From contig CAWBZI010000001.1 of the NCBI GenBank assembly GCA_963793265.1, positions 576,001 through 640,000 on the forward strand: DNA of 64,000 nt. Direction: 5' to 3'. Shown here piece by piece: positions 10,605 to 20,312 of the stretch (positions are counted from its first letter, which is position 1; every line of letters begins with the position of its first letter). The notes under the pieces were generated by a model. The model saw nothing but the letters and a program-made list of their open reading frames with translations, was not told where the DNA came from and did not search any database. The DNA comes from an uncultured cyanobacterium (GTDB taxonomy: Bacteria > Cyanobacteriota > Cyanobacteriia > Phormidesmidales > Phormidesmidaceae). The position numbers and the translations under genes were made by a program.

Positions 10605-11057
10605 TCAGTTGTCAGAGATTCGATTTTCTTCAACAAACCGTGTGAAAGCGTCGAAGGATTCAAACTGAGGCTTTAGCTCGGGCCATTCGCGGCTGATGAG
10701 GGGGCAGCGAAGGGTTCGTTCCATGTCTTCGCGCCAAACTTGCCAGATGGAATCATCGATGTATTGTTGGTAGGCGAGGTAGTGGACTTCGCAAATGACG
10801 AAAAGGTAGTTGATGACGGCCTGGGTGAGTTCGGGCGATCGCACCGGCAATTTACTATCATCCAACCGATGATAAAACGCATTATCAGGAAAGCCATTAA
10901 TGGCGTCTTTATGGCGCTCAGTATAGGTAATGAAGGTGCTGACGTTCCACTGCTTGCGATTGAGGCGGGTGTTGGAGCGGATGGAAATGGCAGCGAAGAT
11001 GACGGAGATGATGGCGGCTAGCTGTGAGATTTGGGCGGTGATTGATAGCCAGTCCAT
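10605..11057 (-). CDS. Hypothetical protein with N-terminal TM helix
   Basis: 150-aa ORF with ATG, N-terminal hydrophobic helix and helical C-domain; lies downstream of the 899-aa gene on the same strand. Confidence 0.7.
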   Translation of the reverse strand: MDWLSITAQISQLAAIISVIFAAISIRSNTRLNRKQWNVSTFITYTERHKDAINGFPDNAFYHRLDDSKLPVRSPELTQAVINYLFVICEVHYLAYQQYIDDSIWQVWREDMERTLRCPLISREWPELKPQFESFDAFTRFVEENRISDN

Positions 11058-11132
11058 GGTGGGTTTGTTGGCGGGACGGTAAGTGTGTTGCGCTGTGCGT
11101 AAAGCCTTACGCCCCTACAGTTTATCGGCAGT

Positions 11133-13832
11133 TTAGCGGGTTTGGTCGGGGGTGAAGGTGATGAAGACGGTGCTATCGACAGTGCCAGTGGTGATCGGTG
11201 GGGTGCCGCCTGTGATGTTGCTGACGGCAGCGCTGTAGCCGTAGCCTGCATCTACGCCCTGTACGGTGCCCCGGCTACCGTTTTGGGATAGGGTTGTCCA
11301 AAAGTTACGGGCTCTGAAATCGGGAGCCACTGACATCCAGGCGGCGTCTTGACCACCGTAGCCGCCGACAGACTGATTGTTGAAGGTGAGATTTTCGCGG
11401 TTGGGGAGGGTGGAATAGGCGGTGCCACCGAAGGTGAGGGTGCCCTGGCTGTTGGTGGCAATGTCGCCAATCCGCATGGTGTTGGACTTGGTGCTGGCGA
11501 GGCGGGGGAAGCTGAGCTGTGAGGTGACTAGCTCTCCGGTGATGGGGTTGACTCTGCCGTAGTAGGAAATGTGGGCCGCACCGCTGTTGTATAGGCGGCT
11601 GTTGGCGTCAATTTGAGTGAGGAAGGGGCGGTCGGAGCCAAACTGTTCGCCTTCGGTCATGGGCTGGCCGCTCCAGCGGAAAATGGTGGCGGTGCCTGCA
11701 CTTTCGCCGCCGATGTAGAGGTAGCCGTCTTGACCCAAAGTGACTCGGTAGAGACGGGTGTCGGCAACGTTTTGTTTGATGGTGTCAGCGGCGTTGCCAA
11801 ACAGGCTCCACTGCTGCTCGCCCGTAAAGTCAAAGGCTTCGAGCTTGGCGATTTGAACCGGGTTGCGTCTGCCCTGCAAGTCTACAAAAGAGGTGTTGCG
11901 GAAGCTGGTGACGTAGACCAAATTGTTGCCGTCTTGGCCGCTGCGAATTTCGAGATCGGTGACTTCTTTGTAGTCGAGGAAGTTGGAGAATAGCGGCGTG
12001 TTGTTGGTGTCGTATAGGTGAACGGTTCGGCCTGCGATCGCACCCACCACCCCAGTCTTTGAAATCGCCACTCGCGTAATCCCCGACAGCTCAATTTCGC
12101 TTAAGACTGCGCCCGTAGTCGCACTGAGCTTTAGCAGCTTATTGTCTGAGGCGATCGCCAACGTCCCACCACTATCAAAAGCAATATCCCGAATCGAACC
12201 CGTGAGGCTCACAGTTTGCGCAATCGCCCCTGTCTCAGGATCTATCCAGTAAAGCGCAGAGCCGGTATCCGTATTAACGGCTGCGATCGCCCCTCCACTT
12301 GTCATCACCACATCAACGCCCTGATTCCCAGGCAGCGCCAGGCTCGCACTTAAGCCGACATCGGTACTATAGCTACCGCTTCGGGTTAGCACAGACTCAT
12401 CAGGAGCACCATCGCCAGCGCTGCTTGGCTCAGGAACTTCGAGGACGAAAGGCGAGGTATCGGCTACATTACCTGCCAAATCGCTCACGCCCGCCACCGA
12501 AAATTCGTAGGTTCCAGTTGACAAGCGCTCTGCTAAGGTCAGCTCTACCTGGCTATCGCTGAGTCGGTTGGCTGACGCGATAGCGATCGCCTCTCCTACT
12601 TGATCGCCCGTCGCATTAAGCATATAGTTTGTCTGGCTATCTGCCCCACTATCTACCGCCTCACTAAAATCAACCTTAATCTTTGAGAAGGTCGCTGCCG
12701 GTTCACTGACAACCACTGATGAGTAAGTAGGGTTGGTCGTGTCGAGCGTGAACGTTTGTTGAACCGTATCTTGTTTGGTGCCAGTTGCGTCGGTAGCGGC
12801 TATTGTCAGCGTGTGCTGTCCATCCGGTAAAGTGCCGCCGTAAATCGCGTTTAGCTGAGCCGCATCTATGCTAAATCTACCGTCTGTTTGATTGTCAGGT
12901 GAATTGACTGTGGGAATAAAGGCGCTAGAAATATCTGTGTAGTCCTCAGCAGGCGTATCGTCAAAGCCTGCTTTCAAGCTAATAACTGCTGCCTCAGCGA
13001 CGACGCCTGCTACCGTTGGCAGATCCTTTGTCAAGGCAGGTGCCTCAGTCGTGATCTGAATTTCTGGTGTCGTCACAATGGCGTTAGGGCGGTAGCCGAT
13101 GCGATCGCTCACCGCCGCCTTATCTGTCTGAGTAATCTGCCTGTCACCATCAAAGTCAGCTTTAGCATTAGTGCCATCAACCGCTTCACCGACGCGCTCC
13201 TCTACAAAGATTTCATCCGTAACGTCCACCTGCTCGCTACCGTCAATATCCCAAGGAAAATAGCTAACATCATCTACGCCAATTCCCTTAATGGCACTCG
13301 TATTATTATCTTCATCGGTTTCAATCACTCTATTTTGCGTATCTACCTGGATGCCCAAAAAGCCAATGTCTGTAGCCGTATAGTTCGAGCCTTGGTTTCC
13401 TGGAATATTCACCTGCACGCGATCGTTTAGCAGCGCTAACGGTAGCTGCACGCTAACGGTGCGAGTCAGCGTATCTTCAGCATTTATTTTGTCAATATTA
13501 ATGCTTTCAACAACAATATCGTCGCTGTTACCGATCAGAGAATCTTCGGAGAAGAGAATGTCAACTTTAAAGCTGTCGGCAGCGGCCACACCCGTATTTT
13601 TTAGGGTGAAGATTACATCTGTTTTACCCAGCGGTAAATAGTCGTCAATCGCGTCAAAGGCGAGAATAGAAAGATCGCCGTCTTGACTTTGCTGTATACC
13701 AGGGCCAAGGGGGGCGAAGTGGATGGGGGGCGGGGCGATCGCAATAAGTTCACCGCCAGCGCCAACAGCAGAAGACGCGCTCATCGGGCTAGGTAGAGCG
13801 TCGGCAGGTAGGTAAAGAGCGGCGGTTTCCAT
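11133..13832 (-). CDS. Large putative surface/extracellular protein: CARDB-like, dockerin-like Ca-binding pair, Ig-like domains, beta-propeller-like C-terminus
   Basis: CARDB-like FTLKNTG...VDTQNRVIETDEDNN; duplicated loops WDIDGSEQVDVTD and ADFDGDRQITQTD; Ig-like DGQHTLTIAATDATG and VDFSEAV...VSDLAGN; repeated beta-strand blades at the C-terminus. Confidence 0.75.
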   Translation of the reverse strand: METAALYLPADALPSPMSASSAVGAGGELIAIAPPPIHFAPLGPGIQQSQDGDLSILAFDAIDDYLPLGKTDVIFTLKNTGVAAADSFKVDILFSEDSLIGNSDDIVVESINIDKINAEDTLTRTVSVQLPLALLNDRVQVNIPGNQGSNYTATDIGFLGIQVDTQNRVIETDEDNNTSAIKGIGVDDVSYFPWDIDGSEQVDVTDEIFVEERVGEAVDGTNAKADFDGDRQITQTDKAAVSDRIGYRPNAIVTTPEIQITTEAPALTKDLPTVAGVVAEAAVISLKAGFDDTPAEDYTDISSAFIPTVNSPDNQTDGRFSIDAAQLNAIYGGTLPDGQHTLTIAATDATGTKQDTVQQTFTLDTTNPTYSSVVVSEPAATFSKIKVDFSEAVDSGADSQTNYMLNATGDQVGEAIAIASANRLSDSQVELTLAERLSTGTYEFSVAGVSDLAGNVADTSPFVLEVPEPSSAGDGAPDESVLTRSGSYSTDVGLSASLALPGNQGVDVVMTSGGAIAAVNTDTGSALYWIDPETGAIAQTVSLTGSIRDIAFDSGGTLAIASDNKLLKLSATTGAVLSEIELSGITRVAISKTGVVGAIAGRTVHLYDTNNTPLFSNFLDYKEVTDLEIRSGQDGNNLVYVTSFRNTSFVDLQGRRNPVQIAKLEAFDFTGEQQWSLFGNAADTIKQNVADTRLYRVTLGQDGYLYIGGESAGTATIFRWSGQPMTEGEQFGSDRPFLTQIDANSRLYNSGAAHISYYGRVNPITGELVTSQLSFPRLASTKSNTMRIGDIATNSQGTLTFGGTAYSTLPNRENLTFNNQSVGGYGGQDAAWMSVAPDFRARNFWTTLSQNGSRGTVQGVDAGYGYSAAVSNITGGTPPITTGTVDSTVFITFTPDQTR

Positions 13833-14022
13833 AGAGCAGTTGATAGTGGTTTATATAGTTAGGCAGCGGGCAACACAGATCGGCCCGAGTAGATTTACTC
13901 TCAAAAAAATAAATATCCGCACATATTGCAACTAATTGGCCCTACTACCGAACAACTTGAGCTGTTATTGGCTGAATGACTTAGGGATATATAAAGCAGG
14001 GTTGGTATATTTTGTCTGCCGT

Positions 14023-14439
14023 ATGTTGATGTTGCTATTTAGGGTTGAAAGCGAACGCTGGGCGATTGCAGCTTCTGAAATACAGGCCGTCATTCCACTG
14101 GTTGACCTACAGAAAATGCCACACAGCCATCCCACGATCGCGGGGCTGCTAAACTATCACGGACAAAGGCTGCCCGTCGTCGATGTGTCGGTTGCGATCG
14201 CCCAACGACAAGCCCCACCGCTGATGAGCACTCGAATCGTGATTATCGAAAAGCAGCACTCAGCCAAACAGCCGCAGCGAATGGGACTAATTGTTGATCG
14301 AGCCAGCAAGACAGAGCAGCTTACTGAAACGTCAGACTGGATCGCTAAAAATGAATACGCCCAAGCGACCTACCAAACCCCGTTGGGTGAAAGCGTACAC
14401 CGTTTAGCCTTAGCGTCTTTTTTTAATCAAGCAGGGTGA
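14023..14439 (+). CDS. cheW: CheW-like coupling protein (WspB-like)
   Basis: MLMLLFRV...WAIAASEIQAVIPLV...IAGLLNYHGQRLPVVDVS...STRIVII...MGLIVDRA. Confidence 0.88.
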   Translation: MLMLLFRVESERWAIAASEIQAVIPLVDLQKMPHSHPTIAGLLNYHGQRLPVVDVSVAIAQRQAPPLMSTRIVIIEKQHSAKQPQRMGLIVDRASKTEQLTETSDWIAKNEYAQATYQTPLGESVHRLALASFFNQAG

Positions 14440-14444
14440 GATAG

Positions 14445-15734
14445 GTGGAATATACGCGGTTGATACAGCGTGAGATAGAAGACTTGTTGCGCGATCGCAT
14501 CGGGTTAAATCCTGAGTCGGTAGGATCGCGCTCTATTCTACGGGCGGTCAAAAAAGGAATGCGCAGCGGAAAAATGCAGGGACTCTCAGACTATCTCATC
14601 AGCCTGAGAGCGTCGCCTGAGCTATTTGAAGCGTTAGTAGAGTCGATTGTTGTTCCAGAAACCAGCTTTTTTCGCAATCGTGCTTCGTTTGTTTTTTTGC
14701 GGCAGTGGGTCGCACAAGAATGGTTGCAGGGCGGCAAAATACCTAAAAGGCCGCTGCGGGTACTGAGTTTGCCCTGCTCTACTGGTGAGGAGCCTTACTC
14801 TATTGCGATTACGCTGCTTGAAGAAGGGCTTGAGCTAGACAATTTTCAGATCGATGCAGTTGATATTAGCGCAGCAGTGATCGCTAAAGCGAAAGAAGCC
14901 GTTTATAGTCCCTATGCTTTTAGACGCCAAACCTATCGTGAAGACGACAAGTACTTTGTATTAGGTAAGCCTGAGGGCTCAAAGGAGCAGCGAACAACTC
15001 AACGCTACTTTTTAGAGTCGTCTGTGCGAGAGAAAATCTCCTTTTCGCAAGGCAATGTGTTGACGCCTGGGCTACTAGCCGATAGAGCCCCCTACGATAT
15101 TGTTTTTTGTCGAAACTTACTTATCTATTTTGACCAGGCAGCGCGCGATCGCACCAATACACTGCTCTACCGGCTATTGCAACCCTCTGGACTGTTGTTT
15201 GTCGGCTATGCCGAAACAGGTTTGGTGATGCCAGATGCTTATCAGCTCGTGCCCTACCCTCAAACGTTTGCCTACCGTAAAAAGCTAGCAGATGGAACAG
15301 ATATTTGTGAGCCTCAGCGATCACAAATATCTGTTCCATCTGCCACAGTTCATGTAGCCGCACTTGAGGCCAGCTATCGCGCTAAATTCAAAAACGAGGA
15401 TGCCAAAAAACGAAAAGAGAGTTTGAGCCTAGCGAGTGCTCAACAGCTAGCGGATAAAGGAGACATGCAGCAGGCTATTGTCCAGTGCGATCGCTACTTA
15501 ACCCATCATCCCACAGATGCTCAGGCCCACTTGCTGCGAGGAGAACTATACGAGACAGCCGGCAACAGTAGCGCCGCCGAAGAGTGCTTTAAAAAAGCCA
15601 TTTACCTCGACCCGCAGCTTACCGCAGCGCTCACTCACCTCATGCTAATCAAAGAAGAGAAACAGGCTTTTGAGGAAGCAGCCGTCATTCGTGCGCGAAT
15701 TCATAGGCTAGCTGAACGCAGCTCTCAGCATTAG
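14445..15734 (+). CDS. cheR: CheR methyltransferase with C-terminal TPR (WspC-like)
   Basis: VPETSFFR, LSLPCSTGEEPYSIA, YDIVFCRNLLIYFD; C-terminal TPR AHLLRGELYE...FKKAIYLDP. Confidence 0.93.
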   Translation: MEYTRLIQREIEDLLRDRIGLNPESVGSRSILRAVKKGMRSGKMQGLSDYLISLRASPELFEALVESIVVPETSFFRNRASFVFLRQWVAQEWLQGGKIPKRPLRVLSLPCSTGEEPYSIAITLLEEGLELDNFQIDAVDISAAVIAKAKEAVYSPYAFRRQTYREDDKYFVLGKPEGSKEQRTTQRYFLESSVREKISFSQGNVLTPGLLADRAPYDIVFCRNLLIYFDQAARDRTNTLLYRLLQPSGLLFVGYAETGLVMPDAYQLVPYPQTFAYRKKLADGTDICEPQRSQISVPSATVHVAALEASYRAKFKNEDAKKRKESLSLASAQQLADKGDMQQAIVQCDRYLTHHPTDAQAHLLRGELYETAGNSSAAEECFKKAIYLDPQLTAALTHLMLIKEEKQAFEEAAVIRARIHRLAERSSQH

Positions 15735-15773
15735 TTTCGCTTTATACAGATCTTGAGTAGGCTTCTTCCAACA

Positions 15774-17273
15774 ATGTTCGATCTCTCCTTAAAGAAAATC
15801 AGTACGCGGCTGTTGATAGGCTATTCTATTCCGCTGCTTTGTTTAGCCGGACTAGGCATATCTGCAATATCCACGGCCAGAGAAACGTTCGCCCTAGAAA
15901 AAGAAAGGGATGCGCTCAATGCTTATAGCAACGCGGCTAACGACGCGTCATACGATCTTATAGACTCTATTCGGAAGGTGAAGGGGAGCGTGATTAGTTC
16001 TGAAAAGTCTCGCGGTATGGAACTCTATAGTGCCAGTCGAGATTCGTTTGTAGCAGATGCCGATCGGCTAAATGAGCTAGCTGAAAGTCATTCTGACGAA
16101 GAGCTGAGCGAGCTAACTGACGTACTGGTGGCTGAAGGTGAGCGAATTCATCAAGTGGCGCAGCGTATTTTTTCGCTGCTAGGTGATGAAGATACTGCCC
16201 GCGCGCGGGCATTAGTATCTGAGCTAGAATCTGATAGCGTTGGCGTTGATCGCGCAGAGCTATTGATGCAGCTTCGAATGCATCTAGAAGAGAACACCGC
16301 GCACTTTGAACGCGCTCAAGATCGCCTGACAGACACCCTAAAATGGGGAACGGTGCTCGCTACGCTGACGACTATCGGTGTGGCCATCGTATTGACTCAG
16401 CAAATTCGTAGCCAAATGACCAAGATTGTGGGTGTCGTTGAACAAAACGGGATTCAGGTCACCACGTCTAGCACCCAAATTGCCGCCTCTAGCCGTCAGC
16501 TAGAGGCTAGTGTCACCGAGCAAGTAGCCGCTACTACAAAAATCACGGCAACAGCAACAGAAATTGCAGCCACAGCAGAAGAACTTAGTCAAACAATTGA
16601 GCGCGTCGGCGGACTTTCGGAGTCAGCAGCAGCAACCGCGAGCGCGGGCAAAGAAGATTTGGAACGGATGGCCGCGACGATTCAGCAGCTCACGGCGGCG
16701 ACCGCGACAATCTCTTCTAAGCTCGGCCTGATTGACGATAAGGCCAACAACATTAGCGCGGTTGTTACGACAATTACAAAAGTGGCCGATCAAACAAACT
16801 TACTGTCGCTGAATGCGGCGATTGAGGCAGAGAAGGCGGGCGAGTACGGGGCGGGCTTTTCGGTGGTAGCTAGAGAAATTCGACGGCTGGCCGATCAGAC
16901 TGCGATCGCCACGCTAGATATAGAAAACACCGTACAGGAAATGCTCTCTTCAGTGTCTACCGGGGTGATGGAGATGGACAAATTCACCCAGGATGTGGGT
17001 GAGAACGCACAGAGCATCTCACAGATTAGCGATCAGATGGCGCAGATTATCTATCAGGTGCAAAGCCTCGTACCGCAGTTTGAAATCGTCAGCGGAGGCA
17101 TGTTGGCCCAAGCGCAAGGCGCTCAACAAATCAAAGCCGCCATGGAACAGCTCAACGACACCTCGCAACAGACCGCAGATTCGGTAAAAGATACCAATCA
17201 GGTGATTCTTCAGCTTGGCGATGTGGCTCAGGATTTGCAGATGGAAGTGGCGCACTTTAGACTGGCGGTGTAA
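15774..17273 (+). CDS. Methyl-accepting chemotaxis protein (WspA-like)
   Basis: Two TM helices flanking a periplasmic helical domain; signalling hairpin VADQTNLLSLNAAIEAEKAGEYGAGFSVVAREIRRLADQT. Confidence 0.93.
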   Translation: MFDLSLKKISTRLLIGYSIPLLCLAGLGISAISTARETFALEKERDALNAYSNAANDASYDLIDSIRKVKGSVISSEKSRGMELYSASRDSFVADADRLNELAESHSDEELSELTDVLVAEGERIHQVAQRIFSLLGDEDTARARALVSELESDSVGVDRAELLMQLRMHLEENTAHFERAQDRLTDTLKWGTVLATLTTIGVAIVLTQQIRSQMTKIVGVVEQNGIQVTTSSTQIAASSRQLEASVTEQVAATTKITATATEIAATAEELSQTIERVGGLSESAAATASAGKEDLERMAATIQQLTAATATISSKLGLIDDKANNISAVVTTITKVADQTNLLSLNAAIEAEKAGEYGAGFSVVAREIRRLADQTAIATLDIENTVQEMLSSVSTGVMEMDKFTQDVGENAQSISQISDQMAQIIYQVQSLVPQFEIVSGGMLAQAQGAQQIKAAMEQLNDTSQQTADSVKDTNQVILQLGDVAQDLQMEVAHFRLAV

Positions 17274-17888
17274 ATGAATACTCATTTGTTGAACCGTTTG
17301 CCGCCAGCAGGATATAGAGAGCAGCAGACGCAGAGAGTTGCGACCCGATGGCATAAAGGCGATCGCACACAGCTATTTTCAGCGATGATTTTTCGGCTGG
17401 GCAGAGAATGGTTAGCACTCCCCGCTGGCCTTTGTCAGCAGGTACTTTCACCGCTACCGGCTCACCGACTGCCGCACCGCAGCAACAGCACCTTACTTGG
17501 CATCATCAATGTGCGCGGTCAGCTTCTTTTAAAGGTTTCTCTGTTTGAAATATTAGGCGTATCTCCACAGCAGGCGGCTAATTCTGAGCGCTCTGTTGAT
17601 TCAAAAACTGTCGATTCAAAGACCGATAAAGAGAGCATGAAAGCGTATCCGCGCATGTTGGTGATAGAAAAACAGTCAGAAGACGGTGAAGTAGATAGCT
17701 GGGTTTTTGATGTAGACGAGCTGCACGGTATTCATGCTGTTGCGTTCAGCCAGTTATCGCCAGCCGCGCCTGGCGTTTCAACCGTGGCCCATCCCTGCAT
17801 TCGCGATGTCTTCGCCTGGCAAAACCAGCAGGTCAGCTTTCTAGATGACGTTCGGCTATTTGAAGCATTGAGGCAGCAGGCGTTATGA
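17274..17888 (+). CDS. cheW: CheW-like coupling protein (WspD-like)
   Basis: LLNRLPPAGY, IFRLGREWLALP, HRLPHRSNSTLLGIINVRGQLLL, WVFDVDELHGIH. Confidence 0.88.
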   Translation: MNTHLLNRLPPAGYREQQTQRVATRWHKGDRTQLFSAMIFRLGREWLALPAGLCQQVLSPLPAHRLPHRSNSTLLGIINVRGQLLLKVSLFEILGVSPQQAANSERSVDSKTVDSKTDKESMKAYPRMLVIEKQSEDGEVDSWVFDVDELHGIHAVAFSQLSPAAPGVSTVAHPCIRDVFAWQNQQVSFLDDVRLFEALRQQAL

Positions 17889-20308
17889 GTACAGCTCAAG
17901 ACTGGGGCGATCTTTCGTTGATGGGCTTGTTTTGCTTGGAAGTAGAAAGCCAGGTGGAAGCGCTAAACAGTGGGTTGCTGGCTTTAGAGAAATCGGCGGG
18001 CTGCGATCGCACCCACTTAGACGGACTGATGCGCGCAGCCCACTCTATCAAAGGCGCAGCTCGTATTGTTCAAGTAGAAGCGGCTGTGAAGGTTGCCCAT
18101 GCCTTAGAAGATTGTTTTATTGCAGCGCAGCAAGGCATTCTTATGCTGACGAGCGATCACCTCGACGTGCTGCTAAAGGGCGTGGATTTGCTAGCGGCCT
18201 TGGGCCAGTTAGAAGAGTCAGCTTTAGCCGAGGTATCGTATAGCTATATGGCTCAGGCCGACGAGGCAGTCCTGGCAATTGAAGGCATGGTATCAGCAGC
18301 AGAGAAAGCAGCACCCTTGACACCAAACTGCAAAGAGCCTGCCGCTGAACTTCCAATTGAGCCTATTGTTGGAATTGCAGATAAATCTATTGCTGCTTCC
18401 CCAGACAGCACTATCGCCAATTTATCTCTAGAGCCACAAGCGATCGCACCTGAACCATCAGCACGAACCGTTCGGATTAGTGCGCGCAATCTCAATCGCC
18501 TGATGGGATTAGCCGGAGAGTCTTTAGTCTCATCAAACTGGTTGCAGCCTTTTGCGCAGTCTTTGCTACATATTAAGCGGCAGCAGCAGATAGCGATCGC
18601 CCAGCTCGAAAAGCATCAACAGTCACAGATAAGAGGTGAGCCGTCCCATTCATCCCATTCATCTATATCCGAGTCAGATCTGAACAAAGCTTTTCAAACG
18701 CTCCAGTCTGCTCAGAGCGCATTAAACGAGCAAATTAGTGATTTAGATGTATTCGCTCGGCAGTTTGAACAGCTTTCTGACCGGCTATATCGGGAGGTAA
18801 TTGCAGGACATATGTGCGCCTTTGAAGAAAGCACGCAGGGCTATGGCCGATTAATTAGAGATTTGTCACGACAGCAGGGCAAGCAGGTTAAATACGAACA
18901 AATTGGCGCAACCACTCACGTAGATAGAGACATCGCAGCTAGATTAGACGCACCAATTTCGCACCTGTTGACGAACGCGGTTGTGCACGGCATTGAGCCT
19001 TCGGAGCAGCGGCTAAATGCGGGCAAACCGGCTGAAGGCTCTATTCGCCTGAGCGCAGCGCATCGCTCTGGCATGTTGGTGGTGACGGTAGAAGATGACG
19101 GCGCGGGTGTGGACTTTGTAGCGCTGCGCTACAAAGTTGTTGATAGAGGGCTAACAACGGCAGAGGTGTCCGATCGGCTCAGTGAGGCTGAGCTGCTTGA
19201 GTTTTTATTTTTACCTGGATTCTCAACGGCATCCCAGGTAGATAGTGTGGCAGGCCGAGGCTATGGCTTGGATTTAGCGCGTACGATGGCGCAGTCTGTC
19301 GGGGGCTCGCTTCAGGCAATTTCGCCCACCTTTGAAGATAAAATGACGGGCGCAGTCGGCGGTATGCGGTTTCAGTTTCAGCTGCCGCTGACGCTTTCGG
19401 TCGTGCGATCGCTCCTTTTTGAAGTGGCCGGTGAGCCCTACGCCATCAGCCTCTCGCGAATTGTAAGCGTGATTAAGCTAGCGCCCGAGCAAATTCAATA
19501 TAGTCAAAACCGCCCTTATTTCTCACTTGAAAACGACCGGGATGATAAAGGCAGAAACAGCTCGAAAGAGAATATCAGCTTAGTCAGCGCCGATCGGTTA
19601 CTCTCGCTCTCACCAAGCCCAAACCAGCGCTCAAATCAGTGCGCAGATTGTGCTAAGACGTTATCAATAATCGTTATCGGCGAGGCGGGCAACTACTATG
19701 GACTACGAGTCGATCGCTTTTTAGAAGAGAAAGATTTAGTTGTGCGACCTTTAGATCCTCGTCTGGGTAAGGTACCAAACATCAGCGCTGCGGCCCTTAC
19801 AGACAAAGGCACGCCCGTCCTTATTTTAGATGTTGCCGATGTTTGGCGTTCCGCGGAAAAGATTGCAGGCCAAGATTTTTCTCAAGGGTCTTCACAAGAG
19901 CCTGCGGGGCCAAAACAGAAATTTCCCAAAGAGATGGCTCAAAAGCGCGTGCTGGTTGTTGATGACTCAATGACCGTACGCGCCATGGAGCAAAAGATGC
20001 TTCAAAATTGTGGCTATGCCGTTGATGTGGCAGTCGATGGGGTTGAGGGATGGAATGCGATGAGAATGGCGACTTACGATTTAGTCATTACTGATGTGGA
20101 TATGCCTCGGATGAGTGGCATTGAGCTAATCGAGAAAATGCGGGCCTACAGCGCGACTAAAGGGGTGCCGGTGATTGTTGTTTCTTACAAAGATCGCGCT
20201 GAAGATCAGATGGCAGGATTGGCAGCAGGTGCAAACTACTACCTGACCAAAAGCAGCTTTCACGACGACGGGCTGACCAACGCAGTATTGGATTTAATCG
20301 GTTCTTAA
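17885..20308 (+). CDS. cheA: CheA-REC hybrid histidine kinase (WspE-like)
   Basis: HPt LMRAAHSIKGAARIV, HATPase HLLTNAVVHGIE/EDDGAG/GRGYGLD, CheW domain, C-terminal REC VLVVDDS...DVDMPRMSG. Confidence 0.95.
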   Translation: MSTAQDWGDLSLMGLFCLEVESQVEALNSGLLALEKSAGCDRTHLDGLMRAAHSIKGAARIVQVEAAVKVAHALEDCFIAAQQGILMLTSDHLDVLLKGVDLLAALGQLEESALAEVSYSYMAQADEAVLAIEGMVSAAEKAAPLTPNCKEPAAELPIEPIVGIADKSIAASPDSTIANLSLEPQAIAPEPSARTVRISARNLNRLMGLAGESLVSSNWLQPFAQSLLHIKRQQQIAIAQLEKHQQSQIRGEPSHSSHSSISESDLNKAFQTLQSAQSALNEQISDLDVFARQFEQLSDRLYREVIAGHMCAFEESTQGYGRLIRDLSRQQGKQVKYEQIGATTHVDRDIAARLDAPISHLLTNAVVHGIEPSEQRLNAGKPAEGSIRLSAAHRSGMLVVTVEDDGAGVDFVALRYKVVDRGLTTAEVSDRLSEAELLEFLFLPGFSTASQVDSVAGRGYGLDLARTMAQSVGGSLQAISPTFEDKMTGAVGGMRFQFQLPLTLSVVRSLLFEVAGEPYAISLSRIVSVIKLAPEQIQYSQNRPYFSLENDRDDKGRNSSKENISLVSADRLLSLSPSPNQRSNQCADCAKTLSIIVIGEAGNYYGLRVDRFLEEKDLVVRPLDPRLGKVPNISAAALTDKGTPVLILDVADVWRSAEKIAGQDFSQGSSQEPAGPKQKFPKEMAQKRVLVVDDSMTVRAMEQKMLQNCGYAVDVAVDGVEGWNAMRMATYDLVITDVDMPRMSGIELIEKMRAYSATKGVPVIVVSYKDRAEDQMAGLAAGANYYLTKSSFHDDGLTNAVLDLIGS

Positions 20309-20312
20309 GCAC

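Noticed and set aside
10221..10605. Absence of rpoB after rplL
   Set aside because: Normal for cyanobacteria, where rpoBC1C2 lie elsewhere.
10605..12100. Apparent higher-GC patch suggesting recent horizontal transfer
   Set aside because: An impression by eye only; HIP1 sites are present and composition could not be computed.
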